Source of the DNA: Octopus bimaculoides
Lineage: Eukaryota
Assembly (NCBI RefSeq): GCF_001194135.2
Contig: NC_068997.1
Coordinates: 18,986,992 to 19,019,512 of the forward strand
Length of the DNA: 32,521 nt
Reading direction: 5' to 3'
In this document: positions 21,142 through 31,552 of the stretch, one piece after another
How positions within the stretch are numbered: position 1 is the first letter of the stretch
How the letters are laid out: each line of letters starts with the position of its first letter
The notes under the pieces: model-generated
Databases searched by the model: none
Seen by the model: the letters and a program-made list of their open reading frames with translations, nothing else
What the model was told of the DNA's origin: nothing
Program-made: the position numbers and the translations under genes

Positions 21142-21414
21142 TAACAATAATGATGATCATGATAATGATGATGATTTAGGCACAAGGCCAGCAATTTGAG
21201 GGCGGCAGGGTCAGTTAATACCATTGACTTCCGTACATAAGTGATATTTCATTTTATCAGCCCTGGGGGTGATGAAGGGCTAACTCAATCTCACAAGGAT
21301 TAACTTTGTCTTCCATCCCTCAGCGGTTAATAAAATAAAGTAGTAGTCAATTACAGGAGAAGGGATTGATTAATTAGTTTCCTGATTGATTAATTGATTA
21401 ATCAATTTCTTCCT

Positions 21415-21449
<35 letters not shown>

Positions 21450-21769
21450 GGCCTTCTACCGAAATTCGAAACGACAGCAACAATGTCGAAAACAATAGTT
21501 ACATAACACAAACTTTGAACGTGGAAAGAAGTAGCAACGTAAAAAAACGAAAAGAAAAAAAATTCATAATTGCAAATACATTTCAGTCAGCCGTGCATTT
21601 ATACTTTTCAACAAAGAATCCCACAACACCTTTTTAATTTCAAATTTTCAAATTCCTCCCACACTACAGGGCCTCCGTAGTCACCCCGGATAAAAAAAAA
21701 AAAAGGGGTTTCATGCAACAATCAGAATCTGAGATGCAGCCCGAGATACAGATAGACTCTCGCAGGCTT

Positions 21770-21835
21770 TGTAGCTGCTACTGCTACTGCTGCCTCTACT
21801 ATTACTACTACTATCACCACCACCACCACAACTAT

Positions 21836-21887
<52 letters not shown>

Positions 21888-21932
21888 GCTATTACTACTA
21901 CTACTGCTACTACTACTAATAATAATACTACT
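21770..21932. repeat. Compound (TAC/TAT/CAC)n microsatellite
   Basis: Direct reading. Confidence 0.95.
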
Positions 21933-22619
21933 ATGGCTTGAGCCAACAAGGGAACCTCTATTATGCAGTCACTTGACCGGCAAGAAATAGCAGCGAAATC
22001 AACTTCAAATCTTGAAAGACAAAAAAATTTTTTTTTTTTTTTTTTAAATTTTTGAAGACACTGGGAAATGTAGTGTTGGATACCACTGTGCCTGAATGAT
22101 CAGAAGTGATCATAAGAGATGGTCACATTTGGAGTTACTTCAGATCGTACGATTGCGCAATTAGAAATGACCTAGGATTAAACAAACACCAACCACAAAC
22201 TACTATTATTAGTACTACTACTACTACTACTAATACTACTACTACCAAAAGACTATTACTACTAAAATAAGATCATGTCTTTGGGTAGCACACATGCTTG
22301 ATTTCCTGACAGGAACATCAGGTGAATAATCTCATTTCACTGTGTTTTTAAGTTTTGTAAAACACAAAACACAAAAAAAAAAAACAGAAAAACAAACCCT
22401 ACGCCCACAGTAAGACGAAGGACTGTTGCAAGTGAGAGGTGTCAAACGTCTGGACGATGACCAACTAATAATGCTGAGCCAACGAAGCAACCTTGGTGCA
22501 GTCACTTGACCGGGTAGAAATAGCAAGCGAGTCTCCCTCGAAAAAATGAAAGGCACTGCACAATGTGGTCCTGGATACAACTGGTCGGAATAATCAGAAG
22601 GGATGGTTATGACTGGACT

Positions 22620-22705
22620 NNNNNNNNNNNNNNNNNNNNNNNNNNNNNNNNNNNNNNNNNNNNNNNNNNNNNNNNNNNNNNNNNNNNNNNNNNNNNNNNN
22701 NNNNN
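22620..22705. other. Assembly gap
   Basis: Run of N. Confidence 1.
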
Positions 22706-22759
22706 TAAACAACAACAGCAACTACAGGTGGTGCTGCAACTATTTCTACTACTACTACT

Positions 22760-22791
<32 letters not shown>

Positions 22792-22822
22792 CAATAACAA
22801 CAACAACTACTACTACTACTAC

Positions 22823-22854
<32 letters not shown>

Positions 22855-22905
22855 ATGGTGGTGGTGGTGGTAGTGGTAGTAGTGGTAGTGGTAGTGGTAG
22901 TGGTA
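22706..22905. repeat. Compound (CAA/TAC/CAC/TAG/GGT)n microsatellite
   Basis: Direct reading. Confidence 0.95.
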
Positions 22906-23117
22906 GAGCCAACAAACAAACCTCTAAGCAGTCGCTCAACTGGCAAGAAGTAGCAGCCAAAAATGTAGTGCTGGACACCATGGTGTTAGAAAGATTGGAA
23001 GGGATTAGAAGGGATGGCCACAGTTGGAATTACTTCAAATCATAGGTCTGCTCAAATCATAAGTGACTCAGGGGTTTTAAATAAACAGCAACCAGAATCA
23101 ACAACTACTACTACTAC

Positions 23118-23159
<42 letters not shown>

Positions 23160-23565
23160 TATTATTATTATTATAAGAGTTAATAATAATAATAATAAAA
23201 ACAATTGCATGTTTAAACAAGTTAAACAAACGATCAACTAATTAGTTAGATATTTAATCAACTGACTAACAATAATAAAGTGGAATTGAACCTGTGTGTG
23301 TGTTATTATTGGTGCAATGACTCTCCCAAGACACAACAAAATAATAATAATAATAATAATAACAATAATAATAATAATAGAATAAAGATATCCCCACCCA
23401 CCCCCAATTCATGCCTCATGCAGGAAATGACAAATAATTAAATAAAAATAATAAACAAATAATTGAATTAAAAAATTGAATAGTTAAAATAAAAATGATA
23501 AATTAGAAAATATGAAATAATCAAATATAAAAAAAAAAGATGAATATAATTTATATCATTGCCTT

Positions 23566-23574
23566 AGAGGATAC
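23566..23574 (-). promoter_or_regulatory. U12-type 5' splice site GTATCCTCT
   Basis: Directly follows exon 5; 8/9 match to GTATCCTTT. Confidence 0.8.
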
Positions 23575-23676
23575 AATCTGATGTTGATTGGTGGGACTTC
23601 GAAGGAGTAATTTGTTCATCTCTTGTCTTTTCTTTCCTTCACGCTCTTGAGCTGTGAATGAAGTCTTTAATTCATT
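23575..23676 (-). CDS. CIBAR1: CIBAR1/FAM92 coding exon 5 (NELKTSFTAQEREGKKRQEMNKLLLRSPTNQHQI)
   Basis: 102 nt, ctcttaattgcag|AAT...ATT|gtatcctct; aligns to DDLKATLTARNREAKQ...NPSDRHVI as recalled. Confidence 0.92.
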
Positions 23677-24172
23677 CTGCAATTAAGAGAGGATAAAAGG
23701 TAATAAAAGACATCTTAGAATAATTTTGCTTGTCATTGCGTTACTTTGCCCATCAGTAACACTTTCACGTGATTAGAGAAAAAGAGAGAGAAAGAAAAGA
23801 GGGGGAGAGAAAAAGAGGGAGAGAAAAAGAGGGAGAGAGAAGCGTCCGACGTGATGTAAGAGGGAAGGTAATTGTGAAGCTTTCACATGATTAGTTGAAG
23901 GGAAAGAGAGGAGAAAGGAAAAGGAGGAAGAAAAAGAGGATAAGGCAAAGTGTGAGACAGAAAGAGGGGGAGTGAAGCACCCATGACATGAAGTAAGGAG
24001 AATGTAATATTCATCACATGGTTAAAAAAGGTAGTTATGGTATAGAGGAGGAGAGTTAAAAAATTCTTATAGTAAGAGAAAAGAACACAACAATAATATA
24101 TGACCGAAATTTTATTGTTCCTTATCAATTTTGTTCAGTATTTTCATTAAAGTTCATTAAATAGTTCTTATA

Positions 24173-24580
24173 GGCACAGGAGTGGCTGTGTGGTAGCAGC
24201 TTGCTTACCAACCACATGGTTCTAGGTTCATTCCCACTGCATAGCATCTTGGGCAAGTGTCTTCTACTGTAGCCTCGGGCCGACCAAAGCCTTGTGAGTA
24301 GATTTGGTAGACGGAAACTGAAAGAAGCCCGTCGTATATATGTATATATATGTGTGTGTGTATATGTTTGTGTGTCTGTGTTTGTCCCCCCAACATCGCT
24401 TGACAACCAATGCTGGTGTGTTTATATCCCTGTAACTTAGCAGTTTGGCAAAAGAGACCGATAGAATAAGTACTAGGCTTCCAAAGAATAAGTCCTGGGG
24501 TTGATTTGCTCGACTAAAGGCGGTGCTCCAGCATGGCCACAGTCAAATGACTGAAACAAGTAAAAGAGTAAAAGAGAGTA
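24173..24580 (+). mobile_element. SINE family A, full length
   Basis: GGCACAGGAGTGGCTGTGTGG head, CTTGGGCAAGTG core, internal TA/GT repeat, GTAAAAGAGTA tail. Confidence 0.92.
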
Positions 24581-24633
24581 TCGAAAAGTGGTAACGATAC
24601 AAAAGGACAAAGAAATTATTTTATTAATTCATT

Positions 24634-24815
24634 ATCATCATCATCACCATTGTTTAACGTCGGCCTTCCATGCTTCCAGCATGGAGTGGACAGTTTGACA
24701 GGAGCTGACCAGACTTCTGTGTCTGTTTTGGCATGGTTCCTACAGCTGGATGCCCTTCCTAACACCAACCACCCAGCAGAGTGAACGGAATGCTTTCCAC
24801 ATGTCACAAGCACAG
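24634..24815 (-). mobile_element. Repeat family C
   Basis: CAGCTGGATGCCCTTCCTAACACCAACCAC with (ATC)n tail. Confidence 0.8.
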
Positions 24816-25926
24816 GTGAGCATAATTTTACTTTCAAAAGAGAAATTCAGTTTTATACGAAGGAGGTCAATAAGTTATCGACATTGCCATAAAGAGATCA
24901 ATGACATAAATTATCTGCTGACCCCTGCATTAAGTGGACACTTAAGTTGATGAAAATGAGTAAAAGGATACACAAATTAGATGAGAAGCCAATCAATCAG
25001 GCAATTGATGATTAACAATTGCTTTGCATTAATGAAATTAAAGAAGAGATATGGAAAGATGAAAATGTGACCAGCCAATTAATGCATTATATTTAATGAA
25101 TATGTTAACAAAAATACATAAACACATGTAAGTGAGATGAGACAGAACCAAGCCAATGAAGCTATTTAATTAATGAGGGTTTGACATGAACAAAAATTAA
25201 CAGACAGATATACATCAGAGATAAGAAAGAGACTGGCCAGTTAAAGTGTTACATTTAATGAATGCTTACATTAACGAATATGAGTGGATAAATACAGGTA
25301 AGATGAGAAAGAGGCCAGACGATCAAGCTATTAAATTAATGACTGGTAGATATTAATTGCTTGCACATTCATTTTTGTTAGTATATTTAATGAACAGTTA
25401 CATTAACAAACATGAATAGTCACACAGTCCAATTTTTATTGCAGTGTGGGGGTTTGTACCACCTGACTAGCACCTGCACCGGTGGCATGTAAAAGGCACC
25501 GTTTGAGTATGGTTGATGCCACTTCCACTTTCTCAAGTCATGTCAACTCATAAGGGCCAGATTCTAGGTTTCATGGCGTTTAAATTCCCCACCTGGACGC
25601 CCATTCTATCTTTTTTTGTGGCACCAGCACAGGTGTGGCCACTAAATACTTACAAGACAAGAGCCCTCAACTAAGTAAGGGTATAGAATTAAGGGATGAG
25701 AAAGATAGTGGGACAGGAGCAGGTGTGTGTAGCTGAAGAGAGAGAGAGAGAGAGACATAGACAGACGAACGGACAGCCAGACAGACAGGGATGTGAGGTC
25801 AAGGTACAAAGTAGAAAAAGTGAACAGGTTCGTTAGTTCGCTAAAGTGAGAATAGCATGACAGATGATTAGAGAAAGGGAATGAGTTGGGTGCAGAGATG
25901 CTTATTGGAGTTAGGGAACAGCTTAC

Positions 25927-25995
25927 CTTCTTTTGTTTACACTTGGGCCCATAATCAGAGAGAAGTCTCAAGACATTGGCATCAAGGCGTTGCAC
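25927..25995 (-). CDS. CIBAR1: CIBAR1/FAM92 coding exon 4 (VQRLDANVLRLLSDYGPKCKQKK)
   Basis: 69 nt, tgatttcag|GTG...AAG|gtaagc; aligns to VERLEAKVVEPLKTYGTIVKMKR as recalled. Confidence 0.92.
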
Positions 25996-26279
25996 CTGAA
26001 ATCAACAATTTGTAAATGGAAATCACTTTTTTAAAGCTGGGTGAGTTACATTGTTAGTTGTTTTGTAATTGTCATAAATATTAGAGAGTTTAGTTAACAG
26101 AATGTTACACTTATGGCTGAAGACGCTTTTATGGCTCGGCGAAGTGAGAAGAGGAAGTGAAATGGAAATATGTCAATCAAAATGATATGATCACATGATT
26201 AATCAAGTGATTAAATGATTCATTTTTGTTGGATGAAGGATCACAAGCTTTGAGGAACTATGAGCAGCTACAAAGTGAG

Positions 26280-26575
26280 TGCTGGTGGCAAGTAAAAAGC
26301 ACCCACAACACTCTCGGAGTGGTTGGCATTAGGAAGGGCATCCAGCTGTAGAAACTCTGCCAGATCAGATTGGAGTGTAGAGTAGCCATCTGGTTCACCA
26401 GTCCCCAGTCAAATCGTCCAACCCATGCTAGCATGGGTGCTTTTACGTGTCATCGGCATGAGGGCCAGTCACACGGTACTGGCAACGGCCACACTCAAAA
26501 AGGTGTCTTTTATGTACCACCTGCATGGGAGCCAGTCCAGCGGCACTGGCAACGACCTCGCTAGAATGATCTTCT
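26280..26575 (+). mobile_element. Repeat family C (composite)
   Basis: CTCTCGGAGTGGTTGGCATTAGGAAGGGCATCCAGCTGTAGAAAC. Confidence 0.8.
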
Positions 26576-26643
26576 AACGTGCCAAATTTGAATAAATAAG
26601 CATTGCATTTAAGACAGGAATCCAAATGTTAAAGGGTTAAATC

Positions 26644-26855
26644 NNNNNNNNNNNNNNNNNNNNNNNNNNNNNNNNNNNNNNNNNNNNNNNNNNNNNNNNN
26701 NNNNNNNNNNNNNNNNNNNNNNNNNNNNNNNNNNNNNNNNNNNNNNNNNNNNNNNNNNNNNNNNNNNNNNNNNNNNNNNNNNNNNNNNNNNNNNNNNNNN
26801 NNNNNNNNNNNNNNNNNNNNNNNNNNNNNNNNNNNNNNNNNNNNNNNNNNNNNNN
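26644..26855. other. Assembly gap, probably hiding CIBAR1 exon 3
   Basis: Run of N between exons 2 and 4. Confidence 1.
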
Positions 26856-27111
26856 TTTTGGGGGTCAATTAAATAAGTACCAGTTATGCACTGGGGTCGA
26901 TGTAATTGACTTAATCCCTTTGTCTGTCCTTGTTTGTTCCCTCTATGTTTAACCCCCTGTGGGCAATAAAGACATATATGTATATACATATATGTCTTTA
27001 TTGCCCACAGGGGGTTAAACATAGAGGGAACAAACAAGGACAGACAAAGGGATTAAGTCAATTACATCGACCCCAGTGCATAACTGGTACTTATTTAATT
27101 GACCCCCAAAA
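26856..27111. repeat. Perfect 256-bp palindrome made of a SINE family B 3' portion
   Basis: Base-by-base reverse complement about the 26983/26984 axis; the ORF track shows the identical peptide on both strands. Confidence 0.97.
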
Positions 27112-27154
27112 GGATGAAAAGCAAAGTCAACCTCGGCGGAATTTGAACTCAGGA

Positions 27155-27298
27155 AGGCATTAGGAAGGGCATCCAGCTGTAGAAACTCTGCCAGATCAGA
27201 TTGGAGCCTAGTGCAGCCATCTGGTTCGCCAGTCCTCAGTCAAATCGTCCAACCCATGCTAGCATGGAAAGCAGACGTTAAACGATGATGATGATGAT
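27155..27298 (+). mobile_element. Repeat family C, 3' part with (GAT)n tail
   Basis: GGCATTAGGAAGGGCATCCAGC...GACGTTAAACGATGATGATGAT. Confidence 0.85.
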
Positions 27299-27540
27299 AA
27301 CACAAACTAAACACAATTGTGTCAATGTGGCAAGTATTATATGAGTGTAAGTGTAATTTTAAAAAGAATTCTCTTTGTAACATTCAATGCTCAATCATTA
27401 AGTAAATGTAACAAAAATAAAAACAAGAAGATGACAAAATAATTCCAGAAGAATATTATATTATGAGTGAACAATATGAAATCATCAGAAGATACAATGC
27501 ATATCCTTCATTTGTGAGCAAGTATGAATGGGTAACTTAC

Positions 27541-27656
27541 CTTTGTCCCGGATTTTGGCAGTTTTTCTAGTATAAGAATTAAAAGACACACAGAGATCAC
27601 CAAAATATTTTTCAACGTGTGCTAACCGGTCTTGGACGAATTTTGAAGTAAATGGA
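27541..27656 (-). CDS. CIBAR1: CIBAR1/FAM92 coding exon 2 (PFTSKFVQDRLAHVEKYFGDLCVSFNSYTRKTAKIRDK)
   Basis: 116 nt, ttgttttccag|...AAAG|gtaagt; strong similarity to the FAM92 N-terminal helix. Confidence 0.95.
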
Positions 27657-27752
27657 CTGGAAAACAAGAAACAAAAACAACAATAAATGCTTCAAACACT
27701 GGCATAAGGGCAGATATTGTGGAGAAGGGGTTAGTTTTTTTTTTCACTAGAT

Positions 27753-28175
27753 CAGGAGTTCTCGACCATTTTCTTTTTTATCTATGGACCCCCTTGATTA
27801 CCATTTTATTCTTGTGGACCCCCACAGTCATTCAATGTTTAAAAACCAGAAACTTCTTTCAAAATTCCTATTTTGTTTTCCACACATTAACTTGCATAAA
27901 TTGATCTATGTAAAATGTTAGAGAAAGAAACCTAGCCCTTTCTTGCAATACATACCAATACATACATCTACTCTTTTACTTGTTTCAGTCATTTGACTGC
28001 AGCCATGCTGGAACACCGCCTTTAGTCAAGCAAATCGACCCCAGGACTTATTCTTTGTAAGCCTAATACTTATTCTATTGGTCTCTTTTGCCGAACCACT
28101 AAGTTACGAGGACATAAACACACCAGCATTGGTTGTCAAGCGATGTTGGAGAGACAAACACAGACACAAACATAT

Positions 28176-28220
<45 letters not shown>

Positions 28221-28496
28221 TACGACAGGCTTCTTTCAGTTTCCGTCTACCAAATCCACTCACAAGGCTTTTGGTCGTCCTGAGGCTATAGCAGAAGACA
28301 ATTGCCCAAGGTGCCATGCAGTGGGAATGAACCCGGAACCATGTGGTTGGTAAGCAAGTCACTTACCACACAGCCACTCCTGCACCTAGAGCAAAATTTT
28401 TCAGGGTCCCTTAAAATACTATTGTGGATCCCCAATTTACTATTGTGTCGCATGGACCCCCACCAACCTTATGTATACCCTGGTTGAGAACCACTG
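27753..28496. mobile_element. Complete hAT/Charlie-like MITE with 8-bp TSD CACTAGAT, carrying a nested SINE
   Basis: CACTAGAT-CAGGAGTTCTCGACC ... GGTTGAGAACCACTG-CACTAGAT; TIRs 12/15. Confidence 0.92.
27969..28386 (-). mobile_element. SINE family A, full length, nested in the hAT MITE
   Basis: Reverse complement of the 24173 copy from head to GTAAAAGAGTA tail. Confidence 0.92.
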
Positions 28497-28530
28497 CACT
28501 AGATAATTAATTCCAGGTTTAAAGGGTAAA

Positions 28531-28795
28531 CGACTCCTTTCAGTCACGAATGACTATGGGATTGCACCTAGAATGTTACCTCTGAGGCACGAGTCTGGGC
28601 AAGGTTGTTTATGGAAGACCAGCAGTCATCCATGCATACCAGCCTCCACTCACAACACCACTGATGGTATCCAAGAGAAAAGCAAAGGCTGACACAGCTT
28701 GGCACCAGTGATGTCGCAACTCATTTCTACAGCCGAGTGAAGTGGAGCAATGTGAAATAAAGTGTCTTGCTCAAGAACACAACATACAGCCTGGT
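28531..28795 (-). mobile_element. SINE family D lacking the tRNA head
   Basis: Collinear with about 32123-32387. Confidence 0.85.
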
Positions 28796-28899
28796 TATAA
28801 ACTAATTCTAGAAAGCAACAAAAATCTAATTAGAAATACTTATGTGATGAGGGGATGCTAATTAGGAAAGTGGTTACACTTTGCGAGTGTAGTGGGTGG

Positions 28900-29240
28900 G
28901 TTTTTTTACGTGCCACCAGCACGGGAGCCATTGACCTGACACAGACATCGACCACAACTACGGTCTCACTTGACTTGCTTGTGTAGACTTGTCAAACCAA
29001 GTGAGACTGTAGTTGTGGCCAATGGTGGTATCCTGTCAATGGCACCCATGCCGGTGGCATGTTAAAAAACACCCACTACACTCTCGGAGTGGTTGGCATT
29101 AGGAAGGGCATCCAGCCACAGAAACCTTGTCATATCAGATCAGAACCTGGTGCAGCTCCCTGGCTTACCAGTTTTCAGTCATACCGTCCAACCCATGCCA
29201 GCTTGGTAAACGGACGTTAAATGACGATGATGATGAGGAG
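28900..29240 (+). mobile_element. Repeat family C
   Basis: CACTCTCGGAGTGGTTGGCATTAGGAAGGGCATCCAGC...GGACGTTAAATGACGATGATG. Confidence 0.8.
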
Positions 29241-29319
29241 GAGGAGGAGGACTAATATTAATAAAGTATCCATGGGAACACATCGATCGACGAGCAGTTT
29301 CAGTTTATCGAACTCGAAA

Positions 29320-30575
29320 GAAAGAAAGGCAGAATTTGAACACGGAACATTCAAGAAACTTAGTACTGCCGCTAAGCAATTTGTCCGACGCGCTAACAAA
29401 TCTACCAGTCTACCTCCTTAAAATAAGAAAATGTCTATATCTGAAGAGAATGTCATAGCACAAAAGGAATAATTTTATAGCATCGTCTAAGTTGTTTGTA
29501 TCACTGGCCAAGTGAAATCGATTCGGGACGATGATATCCTAGTTTTATAAACGAACTCCATGAAAGATCCAAAAGTTACACAATAACGAGGGTGGAAGGG
29601 AGATAACCTAGGCTGTATCTAAAGGTGACGTAACTGCGAAGACTTATGTTCGGCTGTGAAATATTTATACAAATGGGAACGTGCTAATTTCAAATCCTGC
29701 CAAGGTCGACTTTATCTTTAATTTTTTTCGGGGTCGATAAAATAAAGTATTCGTGAAATACTGGCATCGAGGTAATCTAGTGACCTCTTCCCTCAAATTT
29801 CAGTCCGCGCCCTATATGAGAAACAAAATATATATTTACATAAATGCTCCAGATGTCCCCTAAATGTACAGTTTCTAAATGTAGGGGTCTGTGTCAGACA
29901 GAGTGGTTCTTTTTTTTCCCTCCCAACCAACATCTTGGCATATTATTGGTATATATTTTATTGACTTGCCAATCTCCGGAATTGAAAGATATGTTATATT
30001 TAAAGATTTGAGTGCCAAACACTGAATATCACAACACCGTGTGTAATATTTGGTTATCTTAATTAAATGCTTGCACTAATTACACACATATATGTACAGC
30101 TGTTAGCCAGTTGGGGGGGGGGTAAATCAGGTGTAATTTGTTATATAATAACGAACACACAACAAGAAAAGCAGGAACTTTGGAATTTGGCATGTTAGAA
30201 AATTCAAATTCCGCCGAAGTCGACTTTGCCCTTCATCCTTTTGGGGTCGATAAATTAAGCACCAGTCGAACCTTGGGACATGGGTAATGTTATCGACTTG
30301 TCTCTTCCTCGAAATTGCTCGCCTTGTGGCAAAATTTGAAATGATAATTATTATCATTACAGAAGCGAGATGGCAGCATTGTCAGTACGCCAGACAATAT
30401 GCTGAGCGGTATTTCTTCCAACTCACTGCGCTCTTAGCTCGAATCCCATAAAGGTCGACTTAGCCTTTCATCCTTTTGGAGTTGATAAAATAACCAGTCG
30501 AGTACTGGGATCGGTATAATCGATTAGCCCACCACCAAAAATTCCAGCCTTTGTGTGTATAATAGAAAGGATTAT
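29320..30575. mobile_element. Four SINE family B copies (about 29320-29420 minus; 29685-29820, 30200-30342 and 30364-30575 plus)
   Basis: Each carries AGGTCGACTT..TTCATCCTTT..GGGGTCGATAAA or its reverse complement. Confidence 0.75.
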
Positions 30576-30834
30576 CATCGGTGTTAATTTCATTTATCCA
30601 AAGTTTTCAAGAATTTTTGCAACCTCTTCAGTACGAGGACAGACAGCAAGTAATAAAATCGCTATTGCTTAGCCCAATGTCAAAGACATTCCAGCCGTGA
30701 ACATCCCATCTTTTTTAACTACTTTATCTGATTTGTCCTATGCGCTGGATTGTAAGGTGTGATTTGATGGAAATTTAGCTGCTGTTTCTAGCTGGTTGTA
30801 CAAACAAGTGGACGTTCCTCTCACTGGTTCACTG

Positions 30835-30890
30835 TATATACATAACCATTGCGTATGGTTATTATATACATAACCATTGCGTATGGTTAT
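30835..30890. repeat. 28-bp perfect tandem duplication, each unit a hairpin
   Basis: TATATACATAACCATTGCGTATGGTTAT x2; ATAACCAT/ATGGTTAT stem. Confidence 0.92.
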
Positions 30891-31155
30891 TACATACACA
30901 CACCATATATATACATAGCACGTTAAGAAACAGACAAGTATATAACGTGACAGACAGACAGACAAATATCGGGTTGTTTACCAATTCAAATATGCTTGCG
31001 GCATATTCGAACTGTAAGAAAGCAACTCACTTAATAGAGATAGAAAGACAGACAGAAATTTCAAACCCCAAAGAGATTGGTGTTGGTCTGCGATGGCAAA
31101 ATCGGCGAAAAAAATTTTGAACTTTCTGTCGAATTTGCTATATATGTTCGTATGT

Positions 31156-31191
<36 letters not shown>

Positions 31192-31520
31192 GCAGAGAGA
31201 GAGAGGCGAGCACGTAAGATTGAGAATTAAATAGATTAGACTGTGCAATCATTCACATAAACATATATCCTGATAAAACTAGACAGATTTACGCTGTGAC
31301 GAGTATAAAACTACTCTACATCCGGCTGTGGAATCATATAAGAAGAGAATGACTAACACGAAAGCAATTCTCATCTTCTCTACTCGCATACTCCGACATT
31401 CTTTATAAAGTTTTACGACACGTCATTGTACAAAGTGGAAAAACTCAGAGATCTTTCTGAAATATTAAAGTGAACTCAGTAAGTATATGACGTGAAAAAA
31501 AAAAAGAGACCATTGTTTAC

Positions 31521-31552
31521 CTAGATGTAATTTCAGCACCAGATCGATTCAT
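31521..31552 (-). CDS. CIBAR1: CIBAR1/FAM92 first coding exon (MNRSGAEITS + 2 nt)
   Basis: ATG at 31552, 32 nt, ends TAG|gtaaac in phase 2, which matches the phase of the next exon. An acceptor (ttttattttttttttattaaag) lies 1 nt before the ATG. Confidence 0.75.

Larger units (their letters stand above)
21935..23095 (-). mobile_element. Three same-orientation copies of repeat family E among trinucleotide arrays
   Basis: GAGCCAAC..GCAGTC(A/G)CT..AC(C/T)GG..AGAA(A/G)TAGCA at about 21940, 22476 and 22906; opposite-strand relatives near 685, 9550-9720 and 30760. Confidence 0.75.
16874..23574 (-). other. Putative U12-type (minor spliceosome) GT-AG intron, 6701 nt
   Basis: 5' splice site GTATCCTCT (consensus RTATCCTTT). 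Branch site TTTCTTAAC (consensus TTCCTTAAC) with branch A 12-13 nt before the CAG and no long polypyrimidine tract. Confidence 0.8.
6121..31552 (-). other. CIBAR1: Gene model span: CIBAR1/FAM92-family BAR-domain ciliary protein; 9 visible coding exons plus 1 missing exon
   Basis: GT-AG bounded minus-strand exons translate collinearly to MNRSGAEITS-SPFTSKFVQDRLAHVEKYFGDLCVSFNSYTRKTAKIRDKG-[missing]-VQRLDANVLRLLSDYGPKCKQKK-NELKTSFTAQEREGKKRQEMNKLLLRSPTNQHQI-AQ-AKSDYAKASVEATRCSKVLEKEMDAFELQKLTDMK-KVLLNFVRTEMTFHCKALELYTICFQNLSDINVEDDLD-EFRKHIHPPTFISRMEIAQ...-acidic tail. This matches human FAM92A motifs as I recall them (VEKHFGELC, YVRKTARLRDK, EMLFHGKALEVYT). Confidence 0.93.

Noticed and set aside
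26609-27163. Identical ORF on both strands (MFVPSMFNPLWAIK...)
   Set aside because: A by-product of the palindrome; the sequence is SINE-derived.
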